Assembly: GCA_964016885.1 (NCBI GenBank)
Contig: OZ024764.1
Coordinates: forward strand, 10,540,001 to 10,604,000
Length of the DNA: 64,000 nucleotides
Direction of reading: 5' to 3'
Source: Eledone cirrhosa
Lineage: Eukaryota
Shown: positions 28,151 through 42,814 of the stretch, one piece after another
Numbering within the stretch: the first letter of the stretch is position 1
Layout of the letters: the number at the start of each line of letters is the position of its first letter
Notes under the pieces: model-generated
Told to the model about the DNA's origin: nothing
Databases searched by the model: none
The model's input: only the letters and a program-made list of their open reading frames with translations
Position numbers and translations under genes: made by a program

Positions 28151-28725
28151 TTAACCCTTTAGTGTTCAAATCGGCCAAAACCGGCCAGAATTCTCTACCT
28201 CTTTCGGTTGAAACTGGCTGTAACTGGTTGCTCAAACTGATGTTAAGGTATTGTTCTCAAAATAAATACTTTCAAAATCTCATAGATTCGATATTATGTG
28301 AGGTAAAGCCTTTACTGTGATAATACAATAGTATATATAGAGTAATGTAAATGTTATGTGAGATATTATGCGAGGTAAAGCCTTTACTGTGAAAATACAA
28401 TAGTATATATAGAGTAATGTAAATGTTATGTGAGATATTATGTGAGGTAAAGCCTTTACCATGAAAATATAATAGTATATATAGAGTAATGTAAATGTTA
28501 TGTGAGATATTATGTGAGGTAAAGCCTTCACTGTGAAAATACAATAGTATATATAGAGTAATGTAAATGTTATGTGAGATATTATGCGAGGTAAAGCCTT
28601 TACTGTGAAAATACAATAGTATATATAGAGTAATGTAAATGTTATGTGAGATATTATGCGAGGTAAAGCCTTTACCATGAAAATATAATAGTATATATAA
28701 AATAATGTGAATGCTAAAGGGTTAA
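28151..28725. mobile_element. TTAA-flanked MITE (piggyBac-like ends) carrying a 72-bp tandem array
   Basis: ttaa-ccctttag ... ctaaaggg-ttaa; the same end and array recur inverted at 46164-47222. Confidence 0.7.
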
Positions 28726-29396
28726 ATAGTCTTGTGAGTAAAACTTGGTAGACGGAAACTGTTTGGAAGCCCGTTAGATAGAAGGTACCTGTAATTAAAA
28801 GGGCCATCTTTGTCACATACTGTGTCGCATTGAATCTCATCGACAGTTATGCTATGTCTAAATGTGTCTTTGGAATGCTCAGCCACTTACATGTAAATAT
28901 TTTGAAAGAATGAGTTTTACAATAGATTGGAAGCACTCAGCAGAATGGTTTTCTGGAGTTATTAATATTAATTCAAAATATTAACAAAAATAGACATTCT
29001 TGTGATCAAGTATATTTTATTATACATATTTCAGAGGAATACAATCAGCTTAAATAGGGTTCCTCTGTAGGGTCTTAGTAATGAAATAATTAATAATTAT
29101 AGAAAATGCCTCAAAATTCTTCATTAATTAATTAAAATAAAGTGTATTTCATTAGCGTGGAACAATGAACGTAAAATGATGTTATGATTATGATTTGAAA
29201 GAGAGTGTAATGTTAGTTTAATCTACATTTAAATGTGTTCTCAAATGTTTGTTGTAGGATTACATACCTTTGTTTGTTTGTTTGTTGTAGGATTACATAC
29301 CTTTGTTTGTTTGTTTGTTGTAGGATTACATACCTTTGTTTGTTTGTTTGTTGTAGGATTACATACCTTTGTTTGTTTGTTTGTTTGTTTTATCAG

Positions 29397-29450
29397 GGTT
29401 CATATGGAATAGTGAAATTGGCTTATAACGAGGAAGATGACGTCCACTAT
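29397..29450 (+). CDS. CAMKK: CaMKK exon 2 (GSYGIVKLAYNEEDDVHY)
   Basis: tatcag| ... |gtgagt, phase 0/0; completes the Gly-rich loop GKGSYG. Confidence 0.95.
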
Positions 29451-29626
29451 GTGAGTATTTACGTAGTTTCTGATGTGAATAGTATTGTTGTTGATGTTGA
29501 TGTAAGTAGTGTTGTTGTTGTTGTTTAGCCCTCAGAATATCCAACATAGTGTATCCCCATTTTACAATGTAATAGGTGTGTATTCTTCCGTAAAAAGTTA
29601 AAGGTCTTCATCATACTTTATAAGTT

Positions 29627-30486
29627 ACTAGCCAAATTACCCGCTCCTTGCTGCGTTTCACACATTTTTTTTTTTGTAAGAAAATGAGGATTGATTTTAA
29701 ATCAGTGATATAATTTATGGAGAAAAACTCTGCATTTCAATATTACTCAATGTAAAATGTAATGCATGAAAAATTGGAAAACATTATTTTTTGTAATATA
29801 TCAAATCAAAATTACATTATTAAATCTTATTCGATAAAATAAAGTACCAGTAATACACTGGGGTAATAGCTGGCCTTGTGCCAAAAGTAGAAACAATTAT
29901 TAAATCTTATTCTTATTTTGTTTCTTGTAGATAATTTTTTTAAAATATCAATTCAAAACTTTTGTGAATAGGCATCATATCTTGTCATTTACCTATGGTT
30001 TAAATTTCATATAAATCGAAGGGAAAAAAATTTCAGCGGGGGTTTGTGCCCCCAGGGAACCCTAGTAGGGGGTTTAACCCCCATTAGCGTGTCTTAATAT
30101 TATTGAAATTTGCTGAAATTTTGTGAATAGGCATCATATCTTGTCATTTACCTATGGTTTAAATTTCATATAAATCGAAGGGAAAAAATTTTCAGCGGGG
30201 GTTTGTGCCCCTGGAGAACCCTAGTAGGGGGTTTAACCCCCATTAGCATGTCTTAATATTATTGAAATTTGCTGAAATTTTGTGAATAGGCATCATATCT
30301 TGTCCTTTACCTATGGTTTAAATTTCATATAAATCGAAATGAAAAGATTTTCAGCGAGGGTTTGTGCCCCCAGGGAACCCTTTGATTAAAATAAAATATA
30401 CTTATCCAAGTACCCTGGACAATGTAGTTTCAGAATATATATGGTTATCAGAGTCTATCTCCAACACCAACTTTATATATATAGAT
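29627..30486 (-). mobile_element. Helitron-like element with ~180-bp internal tandem repeats and a SINE insertion; related piece 38150-38440
   Basis: actag terminus with adjacent GC hairpin remnant; tctatatatataaag start on the - strand. Confidence 0.45.
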
Positions 30487-30547
30487 TTTATAGCATCTAT
30501 GCGTATGAGTACACCATTCTTTATAAAATGTTTCCTTTTAATTCCAG

Positions 30548-30599
30548 GCAATGAAGATTTTGTCTAAGAAACGGTTGATGAAAAAAGCAGGGTTCTTCA
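30548..30599 (+). CDS. CAMKK: CaMKK exon 3 (AMKILSKKRLMKKAGFF)
   Basis: ttccag| ... |gtacgt, phase 0/1; catalytic Lys in AMK. Confidence 0.95.
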
Positions 30600-31089
30600 G
30601 TACGTATTGTATCCTTCATAACAGATCCTCAGCATCCCCTTTCTCTCTTTATCTATCTTCTTCACCCCTCCCTCTCTCTTTCTCATTGTGAAACGGCACC
30701 AAACACCACTACCACAGTATATACATATATATATATACATACATATATATATATATATACATACACATATATATACACACACAAACATATATATATATAA
30801 AGATGTATATATATATATATACATATCAAATGAAGCAACAGAGTAAAAATACCCTGTAATGAAAAAGCATGTTCTTTTCATGATTTCTCTCCTATATTTA
30901 CATATATATATATATATACACACATATATATATGACATATATATATATATACATATATATATACACAATTTCAGAAGATCCTGTAAAAGGATGAAAGCAG
31001 TGATTCTTTGCTTAAACTTTAATCTGTTATATATATATATACACTCACACACACATATATATATATATATATACACACACTCATATATA

Positions 31090-31690
31090 TATAAGGTTTG
31101 TTGATCATTCAACAAAGTTAATTTTACAACAGATTAGAAGCACTCAACAAGTTTTTCTGGAGTATCATTAATATTAATAAATGGAAAATATCTTTATAAA
31201 AGTATATTTATTTCATTATACGTATTTCAAGGGTAATAATATTTAAGTACGCTTTCGTCAGATAAAATATAATAATTGGTGTAAAGATAGTGACATATCT
31301 TCATGTGAACTTAATGGTATATATCTTCATTGGACCATTAACTTCACATCTTTACACCAATTATTATATGTCACTATCTTAACTTTGCCTTTCATCCTTA
31401 CGGGGTCGATAAAATAAAGTACCAGTAATACACTGGGATAATTGCTGGCCTTGTGCCAAAAGTAGAAACAATTATATATCACTATTTTAACACCAATTAT
31501 TATATTTTATCTGACGAAAGCGTACTTAAATATTATTACCCTTGAAATACGTATAATGAAATAAATATAGTTTTATAAAGATATTTTCCATTTATTAATA
31601 TTATTAATATTAATGATACTCCATATTAAACTGTTGAGTGCTTCTAATCTATTGTAAAATTAACTTTGTTGAATAATCAACAAACCTTAT
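31090..31690. mobile_element. Fold-back HHR element with a SINE fragment (31380-31474) near the centre
   Basis: Long inverted arms, each carrying an HHR; (TA)n flanks; related fragments at 5380-5700, 15880-16050, 28920-29035. Confidence 0.7.
31504..31562 (+). ncRNA. Minimal hammerhead (inverted twin at 31210-31268 on -)
   Basis: auuuuau-CUGACGA-aagcgua...uacccuu-GAAA-UACGUA-UA-augaaau. Confidence 0.8.
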
Positions 31691-31794
31691 ATATATGAGT
31701 GTGTGTGTGTATCACCTACCCCCCACTCTCCTGAGCGTGAGTTTAATAAACATTTATTGTACTGCCTCTCTGTTCTGTCCCTGTTCAATTTTTC

Positions 31795-31854
<60 letters not shown>

Positions 31855-32013
31855 TGTATATATATAACAGATTAAAGTTTAAGCAAAGAATCACTGCTTT
31901 ATAAAGATATTTTCCATTTATTAATATTATTAATATATATATATATACATATATGTATATATGTATATATGTATATATATATATATATATATATACATAT
32001 ATGTATATATGTA

Positions 32014-32054
<41 letters not shown>

Positions 32055-32057
32055 GTA

Positions 32058-32123
<66 letters not shown>

Positions 32124-32232
32124 TATATATATATACACACATATATATATATATATACACACATATATATATATATATATACACACATATATACATATAT
32201 ATATATATATACACACATATATATATATATAA

Positions 32233-33185
<953 letters not shown>

Positions 33186-33744
33186 TGGCGGTGGGTGGTT
33201 CTGGTGTGGTGTAGGGCAGTTTTGCTGCGATGCTGGGTGTCAGATGCTCTACCGACACTGCCAATCTAATAATAATAATTGTTTCTACGTTAGGCACAAG
33301 GCCAGCAATTATCCAAGTGTATTACTGGTACTTTATTTTATCGACCCCGTAAGGATGAAAGGCAAAGTTAACCTCGGCACGATCTGAACTTAGACCGCAA
33401 AGGGCCGTAACTCTATGCTGCAAAGCATGCCTGAAGCTCTACCGATACTGCCAAACCAGTAATAATAATGGTTTCTTATATAGGCACAAGGCCAGCAATT
33501 TTTGGGGGGGGGGGAAAGTCTATAAATCGACCCCAGTGCATGACTGGTACTTTATTTTATCGACCCCATAAGGATGAAAGGCAAAGTTAACCTTGGCGGG
33601 ATTTGAACTGAGAACGCAAAGGGCCAGAACTCTGCTGGAAAGCATGGCATCGAGCCCTACCGATACTGCCAGAGCACCGCCCTAATAATAATAATTATAA
33701 TCTAATAATAAAAATATCCAAGTGTAAACACCTAGCCCAGACTC

Positions 33745-34025
33745 ACTATAAAAGCTGCAGGGAGAGTCTTGAGATCAAGGTCATCCCGAATGTCATAGGA
33801 GGACTAGGTACTATCTCAAAGAGTTTTCAAGGATGGTTAAAGAAGATTAGTCCAGCCCCCTCTTTTTCGGAACACTTCAAAAGGCATGCTTGCTGGGAAC
33901 AGCAACAACCCTCCGAAACGTCCTGAATATCTGAGGCTGCGGGTAAAAGCTTGATGTTCATTTGAACAAACTTTCCAGTTAAATAACATCAATGACTGAG
34001 ACTCCAATAATCTGTACTATAATAA
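33745..34025 (+). mobile_element. R4/Dong-like (RLE) non-LTR retrotransposon 3' end
   Basis: VIPNVIGGLG...(frameshift) LQKACLLGTATTLRNVLNI* at 33780-33934; next to a (TAA)n tract. Confidence 0.7.
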
Positions 34026-34705
34026 AGTAAGGAGTGTGGGACTGCATACGGTTTATAATTTTTTATCCCCTTAGTAAAATAAGTTGGATTACTTTGAATA
34101 AATAATTGTTTCTAATTTTGGCACAAGGCCAGAAGTTATCCCAGTGTATTACTGGTACTTTATTTTATCGACCCCGTAAGGATGAAAGGCAAAGTTAACC
34201 TCGGCGGGATTTGAACTCAGTCCGTAAAGGGACGTAAGTGTGCTGCAAAGTATGGCGTCTGACCCTCTACCGATACTGCCAATCCACCGCCCTATTACTT
34301 TGAATAAATAAGGAATAAATATTACATAATTTATCTACTAAATTTTGTAGCTGTTGATTAAATATAAATAATTTTATTGTTTATTTCAAGATTCACTTCT
34401 TTAAAATGTTTAAATGTCAACACTTCCTGTTAGCGATCGCTTACATAAACATTCATATATTTCCATCACCAATTTTCTCCTAATGCAGTTTATATATAAT
34501 ATCATCTTGTTTTAATGTATCATGGATTACGTTACTGATTACATAAGACAGTGTAACGCAGTCTTCGTTCAATTTCTGTGTATATTATCAATTACGATGT
34601 TATTTGATGTATCATATCTACATGTATATATACTTGTGTATAATATCAATATACACACTACACTTGTTAGCAGAAAACAACCTGAAGGGTGGTTTTCTGC
34701 TAGTC

Positions 34706-34745
<40 letters not shown>

Positions 34746-34794
34746 CAACAATAATAATAACAACACCTAATGTAGTTTGTATTTATTCTTTCAG

Positions 34795-34816
34795 TGTTTG
34801 AACTGTTGGAGAAAGG
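34795..34816 (+). CDS. CAMKK: CaMKK exon 5, 22-nt microexon (VFELLEKG)
   Basis: ctttcag| ... |gtgagt, phase 1/2; supplies the hinge VFE motif and restores frame. Confidence 0.9.
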
Positions 34817-34900
34817 GTGAGTATACTTCATTATATGCTGTATATAATGTATATATGTGAGTGTGTGTATATACATATATATTATATATATATATATATA

Positions 34901-34954
<54 letters not shown>

Positions 34955-35024
34955 TATATATATGTGTATATATATATATATTGTGTATATATATTATATA
35001 TATGTATATATATATATGATATAT

Positions 35025-35056
<32 letters not shown>

Positions 35057-35216
35057 GTATACACACTTCTAGAGTAAACCAATCTTAAAGAGAGAGATGG
35101 AGATAGAAGAGGAGAGCTTGGTGAATGTGTTAGAAGCCAAAACCATCTTACTTTACTTTATTTTATATTCCTTATTCCATCTTATCTTTATCAATATTTT
35201 CATTATCTCATTTGAA

Positions 35217-35337
35217 GTTCTGAAGAGCTGCTCCATAATATTACCTAAGTTACTTATCTTCATCTGAACCAGATCAATAATGATCTCTAATCAATTGATC
35301 CAGAAACATTATATGGAGTAGCGAAACAATTGTAAAC
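35217..35337 (+). ncRNA. Hammerhead with extended stem-loop II
   Basis: guu-CUGAAGA-gcugcuccaua...uauggaguagc-GAAAC-AAUU-GUA-aac. Confidence 0.75.
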
Positions 35338-35720
35338 GGACATTATTATTATGTTGATTGGCAGTATCGGTAGAGGGTCGGACGCCATGCTTTGAAGCAT
35401 AGAGTTACGTCCCTTTATGATCTGAGTTCAAATCCCGCCGAGGTTAACTTTGCCTTTCATCCTTACAGGGTCGATAAAATAAAGTACCAGTAATGTACTG
35501 GGTAATTGCTGGCCTTGTGCCAAAAATAGAAACAATTATTATTATTCCTTACATTAAACTATAATTACACTCCTTATTCCTTACATTAAACTGCAACTAT
35601 GTTGACACTCTTTAACTAATGTCTTCCTTGTGAATTTTGTGGTCTTGTTTTGCTTAACTAATGAATATATATATATATAGAGAATTCACAAGAATCAAAG
35701 CTATGTTCAAGGCATTTATT

Positions 35721-35767
35721 CACTTACAATTGTTTCATCCAAACCTAGGCTTGAGGTCTTCAGAGCA
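35721..35767 (-). ncRNA. Minimal hammerhead
   Basis: ugcu-CUGAAGA-ccucaagc/cuag/guuugga-u-GAAAC-AAUU-GUA-agug. Confidence 0.6.
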
Positions 35768-35900
35768 TTTTTCAATGTTTGTACAATGTTTGTACCTTCA
35801 CTGTTTAGGGTTTAAAATATATATAACTATAAATATTTTAGAATATACATAACCATAAATAGTATCCTTAATATTATATGTATATATATATATGTATTTA

Positions 35901-35944
<44 letters not shown>

Positions 35945-36251
35945 TATATATATATAGGCGCGTGGCTGACTGGTAAGAGAATTGGATTCGCAATCGTGAG
36001 GTTGTGAGTTCGATTCCTGGACCAGGTGATGTGTTATATCCTTGAGCAAGACACTTTATTTCACGTTGCTCCTTCTACCTGGAGTTGCGACTGATAGATA
36101 GTACTAGCAATTGGAAAGACCAACGGAAACATTGTCTCCTCGGTCCGATTTGACGAAAGTTGATCGACTGACGATATATATATATGAATGTATGTATAGT
36201 ATATTTGGCAATATACTGTTTAAATCGCTATTTCAGAGCACCAATAATAAT

Positions 36252-36302
<51 letters not shown>

Positions 36303-36770
36303 AAATAAAAAATAAAAAAAATTTTCGCTCTACATGGCTGAATACAATAAATGTAATCTAAGTCTTTCTTTTTATTTATTTGAATGTGGCAAAGCCGGCC
36401 ATTGATCGCTTGTATACAGGAAACTGACTGGCCAGTCTGCTGATATGCAAATCTGGCTGTTCAGTGGATCTGCTAATATCCAGATCTGACTGATCAGCCA
36501 GTCTGCTAATATGCAAATCAGGCCGATCTATCACTGTGTATTTCAGAAAATATCATATATTTTCACTAGCTCTGACAGTTTGGCAGGTGAACAGTGAGCT
36601 GTACTGATGAAGGGTGATACCCAGAAACATTAGTGTCTGCAGTTCTGTTTACATGCCAACACAAGAGCAAGGATGAGGGGTTCATTCTACTGATGACATG
36701 GCTTGAAAAATGAGGCTTGTTTGCATAATTGCAAACGAATCGAATATTATTATTAATATTTGAAAAACTC

Positions 36771-36804
<34 letters not shown>

Positions 36805-37054
36805 GAAAAAGTATAGAAATTGTTGTAGCGAGAAGCTAACAGTATTCCATAACATATATGTGACTATAGAGTCAAAATGGGAAAATAGTTAACATAAGAT
36901 ATGGGAAAAATAATTCAGACTCAATTCAAAAGGAATCAGGATATAGATTTATCCAACAGAATTTAGAGGAATCCAGGGAAAAATCAATAGAGCCTTAACT
37001 CATGATAAAACAAAGTCTAAAGTACTCAACCTTCAATTTGGGACAACTTCAAAT

Positions 37055-37136
37055 GCTCTGTATAGTCTTGAAAAGACTATTTCACGAAAACTTTCAGTGG
37101 AGATGGTCACGGTTGGATTCCGTTCGTCAGCAGAGC
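37055..37136 (-). ncRNA. Complete (monomeric) type I hammerhead ribozyme
   Basis: gcucug-CUGACGA-acggaa...uuucgu-GAAA-uagucuu/uuc/aagacua-UA-cagagc; perfect 6-bp stem I and long stem III. Confidence 0.85.
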
Positions 37137-37238
37137 TCAACGTGGTAACCAAGGTCTCACTGGTAATATGCTAAAAAGGCAATTTAAAAGCAGGCTAGTT
37201 TAACATCATGCATATTATATATATATATATATACATAC

Positions 37239-37330
<92 letters not shown>

Positions 37331-37500
37331 TATATATATATATATATAAATAGTTATTTCAACGGTTCTCCCATGCAATCAAGATGTAATTCATGATATA
37401 TATATATCAGCTTGTATTTGTTTTTGTTAGAATGTTAGATGTTTAGTTTTGTTGTTTGTATGTCTTTTAATTACATCTGTTGTTGTTGTTGTCATTCCAG

Positions 37501-37589
37501 AGAGGTGCTAACCATTCCTACAGAGACTCCATTATCACAGGAGCAGGCATGGCTCTATTTCCGTGACATCGTCCTTGGTATAGAATACC
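37501..37589 (+). CDS. CAMKK: CaMKK exon 6 (EVLTIPTETPLSQEQAWLYFRDIVLGIEY)
   Basis: ttccag| ... |gtgagt, phase 2/1. Confidence 0.95.
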
Positions 37590-37673
37590 GTGAGTAGATC
37601 AACTTTATATTACTATGTACATACACACATCATCATCATCATCATCATCATCGTCTTCGTTTAACGTCCATTA

Positions 37674-37711
37674 CGAGCTGAGGATCCGCTAAAGTGAAAC
37701 AATTGTCCTCG
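37674..37711 (+). ncRNA. Minimal hammerhead
   Basis: cgag-CUGAGGA-uccgcuaaagu-GAAAC-AAUU-GUC-cucg; stem II weak. Confidence 0.7.
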
Positions 37712-38928
37712 GTATGGTGAACTAACTGTTGTGTAACCACTTCTATATATATATTTATTTAATATAGAAAGGCTTCTACAGGACTATCGGTAGAAATCAT
37801 CAGGCTTCCTGATGATTTCTCTTGAATGAAACAGTTCTAGCCCTGAAGATGCTTTTCTATATTAAACATATATACTCTGCTATGTATTGAGTACCTTACT
37901 TACTGTGGTTACCCCCCGATTGAACCTGGGATAAACTTATATATATATAAGGGAAAATGTTAAAAAAGTAGAGGCATTAACTAATAATTTTTGTTGTCAT
38001 AATTCTAGTGATGTTTTGCCATAGATAAAATGTCTAAATTAGCCAAATTTTACTATAAAAGAGAGGTGCTTTTTTTGTTGATTTACGTTTAATTAGTAGA
38101 AAAACCCTGTGATAATAGAGGTTCCAATACTCAAGTTATGGGTTTCCAAAATGTTCACTATAGGGGGTTTAATCCCCATTAGAGTGTCTTAATATTATTG
38201 AAATTTTGTGAATAGGCATCATAGCTTGTCATTTACCTATGGTTTAAATTTCATATAAATCGAAGGGAAAAAGGTTTCAGCGGGGGTTTGTGCCTCCGGG
38301 GAACCCTTTTTAAAATGAAATATACTTATCCAAGTACCCTGGGAAATGTAGTTTCAGAATATATATGGTTATGGGGGTCTATCTCCAAAACCATAGGAGG
38401 ATTTTGTCAACAAACAAACAGACAGGAACTACAACTTTATATATATATATATATATATATCATCATCATCATCATCATCATCATTTTATGTCCGCTTTTT
38501 CCCTGCTTGCAAGGGTGGGACGGGGAACTGATTCTGGCTTGATTTCTACAGCTGGATGCCCTTCCTAACACCAACCTCATTTACAGTGAGTGCTGGGTGC
38601 TTTTTTGCCGTGACACCTCCACGACCACTTTGCAGTGGAATGATAGGGACCGCAGTCCCTATCATCTCATTTCTACAGCTGAGTAAACTGGAGCAATGTG
38701 AAATAAAGTGTCTTGCTCAAGGAAACAACACATCACCCGGTCTGAGAATTGAACTCACAACCTTTCGATTGCAAGGCCAATGCTATATATATATATATAT
38801 ATATGTGTGTGTATGGACACACACACACACATACACTCACCTACAAAGACACACACACACACACACTCCCGCACACATACAAATTACATATAAGGACTTT
38901 TTCAGCCAGAAAATAAGAGTCCACTTAC

Positions 38929-39230
38929 ATTGTCCATCCTGAAGAGGGCCATGTACTGTGGAATGAGGGCATTGCGTGGACCTGTGAGGATTTGTACCAG
39001 CATGTCCTCGTTTAGACTGTGGAATGGCACGACAACAGGGAAACGGCCAACAAACTCCGGGATCATCCCAAACTCAATAAGATCCCGGGCTTCTGATTGT
39101 CGGATCAATGCATCCCGTTCTTCATTATCTGCAGCAGTGTCATTGCTTTCACTCTGGTTCTTCATGTCAGAGGCTGTGGCTGCTCGCCGCCCCTGGCTCA
39201 CAGAATGAGTCCCGAAACCCTAATACTTTT

Positions 39231-39234
<4 letters not shown>
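38929..39234 (-). pseudogene. CLPX: Isolated exon-sized fragment of mitochondrial ClpX with in-frame stop
   Basis: Translates [18 protein letters not shown]...[27 protein letters not shown]...[24 protein letters not shown] followed by a gtaagt donor. TAG at 39222-20 replaces the Leu of YLGFG. No other ClpX exon found in the window. Confidence 0.85.
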
Positions 39235-39264
<30 letters not shown>

Positions 39265-39272
<8 letters not shown>

Positions 39273-39653
39273 AGATCAAAAGATGGTTAAAGGAGTTCAA
39301 TATATTTTATTATGCGCATTTCAAAAACAAACATCATCAAACAATAATATTTGTGTTTTCATCAGATAAAACAGGAGAACATGATATGAAGGCTAAAAAA
39401 ACACTTGTTGATAGTGCAGTTTTAAATCAACATATTTTTTAGCCTTCATATCATGTTCTCCTGTTTTATCTGATGAAAACACAAATATTATTGTTTGATG
39501 ATGTTTGTTTTTGAAATGCGCATAATAAAATATATTGAACTCCTTTAACCATCTTTTGATCTTATATTATGCATACTCCAGTCCCACAAACTGTAGAGTG
39601 CTTCTTATCCGATATCTGCATTGCTTTATTGTACTACAATAAAACTCACCTCC

Positions 39654-39657
<4 letters not shown>
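39265..39657. mobile_element. Fold-back HHR element (same family at 8134-8520 and 6087-6290)
   Basis: Inverted arms 39265-39569 plus single-copy tail; (TA)n on both sides. Confidence 0.7.
39463..39531 (+). ncRNA. Minimal hammerhead (inverted twin at 39304-39372 on -)
   Basis: Same family as 8403; AUGCGCAU palindromic stem III. Confidence 0.78.
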
Positions 39658-39691
<34 letters not shown>

Positions 39692-39782
39692 CTCTACACC
39701 CCCACCGCCAGCCCTCTTGACCTTCTTCATGCTACCCATCCTCTGGGGTAACACCCATCCTCTGGGGTAACACCCATCTTGA

Positions 39783-40055
<273 letters not shown>

Positions 40056-40249
40056 TAAATTTTCATCTGTGATATTGTTTCACATGATTTTATTGAATGT
40101 AAACTTCCCCCTTTGTACTTGTCCCCTTCTTTTGTGCCTTTGTGGCTAATAAAGAAATATATCTATATATATTTCTATCTATCTATCTATATATATATAT
40201 TTAATGTAGAAAGGCTTCTACAGGACTAGAACTGTTTCATTCATATATA

Positions 40250-40597
40250 TGGAGGCACATGGCTTAGTGGTTAGAGCATTGGCCTTGCAATCGAAAGGTT
40301 GTGAGTTCAATTCTCAGACCGGGTGATGTGTTGTTTCCTTGAGCAAGACACTTTATTTCACATTGCTCCAGTTTACTCAGCTGTAGAAATGAGAGGATAG
40401 GGACTGGGGTCCATATCATACCACTGCAAAGTGGTCGTGGAGGTGCCACGGCAAAAAAGCACCCAGCACTCACTGTAGATGAGGTTGGTGTTAGGAAGGG
40501 CATCCAGCTGTAGAAATCAAACCAGCATCAGTTCCTGTCCCACCCTTGCAAGCAGGGAAAAGCAGACGTAAAATGAATGATGATGATTATGATGATG
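40250..40597 (+). mobile_element. tRNA-derived SINE with (GAT)n tail. Other copies: 3021-3360 -, 8906-9233 +, 38460-38785 -, head only 35957-36072
   Basis: tggcttagtgg A box, gagttcaattc B box, ccttgagcaagacacttt core, tail ggaagggcatccagctgtagaaa...gatgatgat. Confidence 0.85.
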
Positions 40598-40659
40598 ATA
40601 TATATGCATATAAATGTATATATATATATATGCATATATATGTATATATATATGTATAT

Positions 40660-40955
40660 ATGTGAAGTTATGTTGGTACTACAACATCCAGTCCGAAACA
40701 AATGAGGCCATGTAGGTGTCACGACAAAAAAACACACAGTCCACGCTGTAATGTGGCTGTGTAGGTAACACGGTAAAAACCTCCCAGTACACACTGTAAA
40801 CGTGGTTGGTGTTAGGAAGGGCATCCAGCTGTAGAGAACCCGCCAGACAGTCCTATGCGAGCAAGACAACCACTCTTGCCTCAAGTGGGAAAACTCCCGT
40901 CCAAACCCATGCAAGCGTGGAAGATGGACGTTAAACGATGATGATGATGATGATG
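40660..40955 (+). mobile_element. SINE/RTE-tail element ending in (GAT)n. Relatives: 4361-4830, 9545-10090, 10130-10380, 41915-42145, 55047-55205
   Basis: Shared ggaagggcatccagc...cccatgcaagcgtggaa...ggacgttaaacgatgatgat. Confidence 0.7.
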
Positions 40956-41273
40956 ATATAAATGTATATATATATGTATACTATATTATATTTTGAGAAT
41001 AAACTCTCAGTCGTTTACAATAATCAAGCAGTTGCGAAACGGATTTAGGTTTCGAGGTTCAAATTCGTCTACAGAACAGGTTTGGATTTTGAAATTTAAA
41101 TCTGTCCTGGAATCATGGCCGTTGCCAATATAAGCTTGTCTTTATTGACTTATATCGAGACAGACAACTTGTATTCACTTTAATTAGTTTATTTCATTAA
41201 TAGCTAACTTTGTCTGTTGCAATGCAAACACGTTTTGTGTTTATCATATATTTTAATGTATATATGTATATAA

Positions 41274-41335
<62 letters not shown>

Positions 41336-42781
41336 GTATATATATGTATGTATATATATATATATAAATGTATATATATATAAATGTATATAAATGTTTA
41401 TATATATAAATGTTTATATATATAAATGTATATAAATGTTTATATATATAAATGTATATAAATGTTTGTATATATAAATGTATATCTATATATGTATATA
41501 AATGTATATATATATACATGTATATAAATGTATATATATATATATATGTTAAAGGTAAACAGAAATAACAACACGATCAGTACAGTATATGGAAGGGATA
41601 TATTAGGTTAACGCTTGAAATAACAGGAAGAGGGTCTTAACGATTCAGATGCTAGTCCTTCATCAGAAGAAAGAATGAGAAATAAGATAGATTGAGGGGA
41701 TGGGTGGGGTGGAATTGGAAAAAATGTCTTTAGATAAAAATAACAGGTCCATTCATGTTGACATCTCTTGCAAAGAATTGAGATTGGGCATGTTGAAGGT
41801 ACTAGGGTGGGAGTGAAAAATAGACGGGTGAGAAGCAGAAGGTGGTTTAAGAATATTATAGTAGAGGAAAAGTGATAGAGAGTCGTGGTATATTTAAATA
41901 TATATGTGTGTATATATCATCATCATCATCATCATCACCGTTTTACGTCCGTTCTTCCACGCTGGCATGGGTTAGATGGGTTGTTCTGTTGTGGGCAGTG
42001 TCCGGTCGGCTGACCTTGTCTTGCTCATACAGGAACTGATCTGGCTTGATTTCTACAGCTGGATGCCCTTTCTAACACCAACCTCGTTTACAGTGAGTGC
42101 TGGGTGGTTTTTTTTCCGTCGCGCCTACACGTCTACTTTACAGTGGCAGGGGGTGGGGGCATATTGTCCATATGCTTCATCTTTGGCTTGTACCTGTCGG
42201 AAGTCGGGTCTTCTGTATTACTGTGTGACGCCAGAGGTCACAGTCCTGTGTCATTGCCTTTGAGAGGTGCAATTAGGTAGGGTTGGCTTTTATCACCTGT
42301 ATGTATATATATATATATATATATACAAAGGGCAAAGGAGCTCTTAAGAGTCAATGGCCATCCAAAATCACCGGGAGAGATGACCCCATAGCTTTTGTCA
42401 AGGCAGAATTCTAGGAGAAGGAAAACTCTGATATAACACCTGCAACCCTGATGGTATCCAATGATGTTGACTTGTTCTTCTTTTTGGTAAATATCATCTT
42501 GGTTAAGAGAGTGGGACTGGCTTTGTGCAGTGCCTTTGCTCACTATAAAAGCTTCACGGCACAGGCATTGCTTTATATCTGGAGATCTCTCTGCACTTGT
42601 CATCACATGGTATCATGGGCCCAGCACTATGTGTCAATAGTTGTCACAAGTGTAGTGTTTGTACCAGAGTTTTCAAGTCGCTGGCTGGACTAAACAGTCA
42701 CACTCGTTCAGCGCATCGGTAGGAGTTCTCCTACATGGATATAAAGTAGTGGCCGTACTCGAAAACGAGTTGGCAGCCACC

Positions 42782-42814
<33 letters not shown>

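Noticed and set aside
30968-31005. HHR-like CAGAAGA-stem-GAAAG (also 5325-5357 -); partial cores at 17098, 19366, 44274, 56498
   Set aside because: Core substitutions or missing stem I/III pairing; not counted as ribozymes.
36440-36520. Two ATGCAAAT octamer motifs
   Set aside because: Within a short local duplication; no snRNA gene or other promoter evidence nearby.
40250-40325. tRNA-like sequences (also 8906, 35957)
   Set aside because: They are SINE heads continuing into SINE core and tail; no complete cloverleaf.
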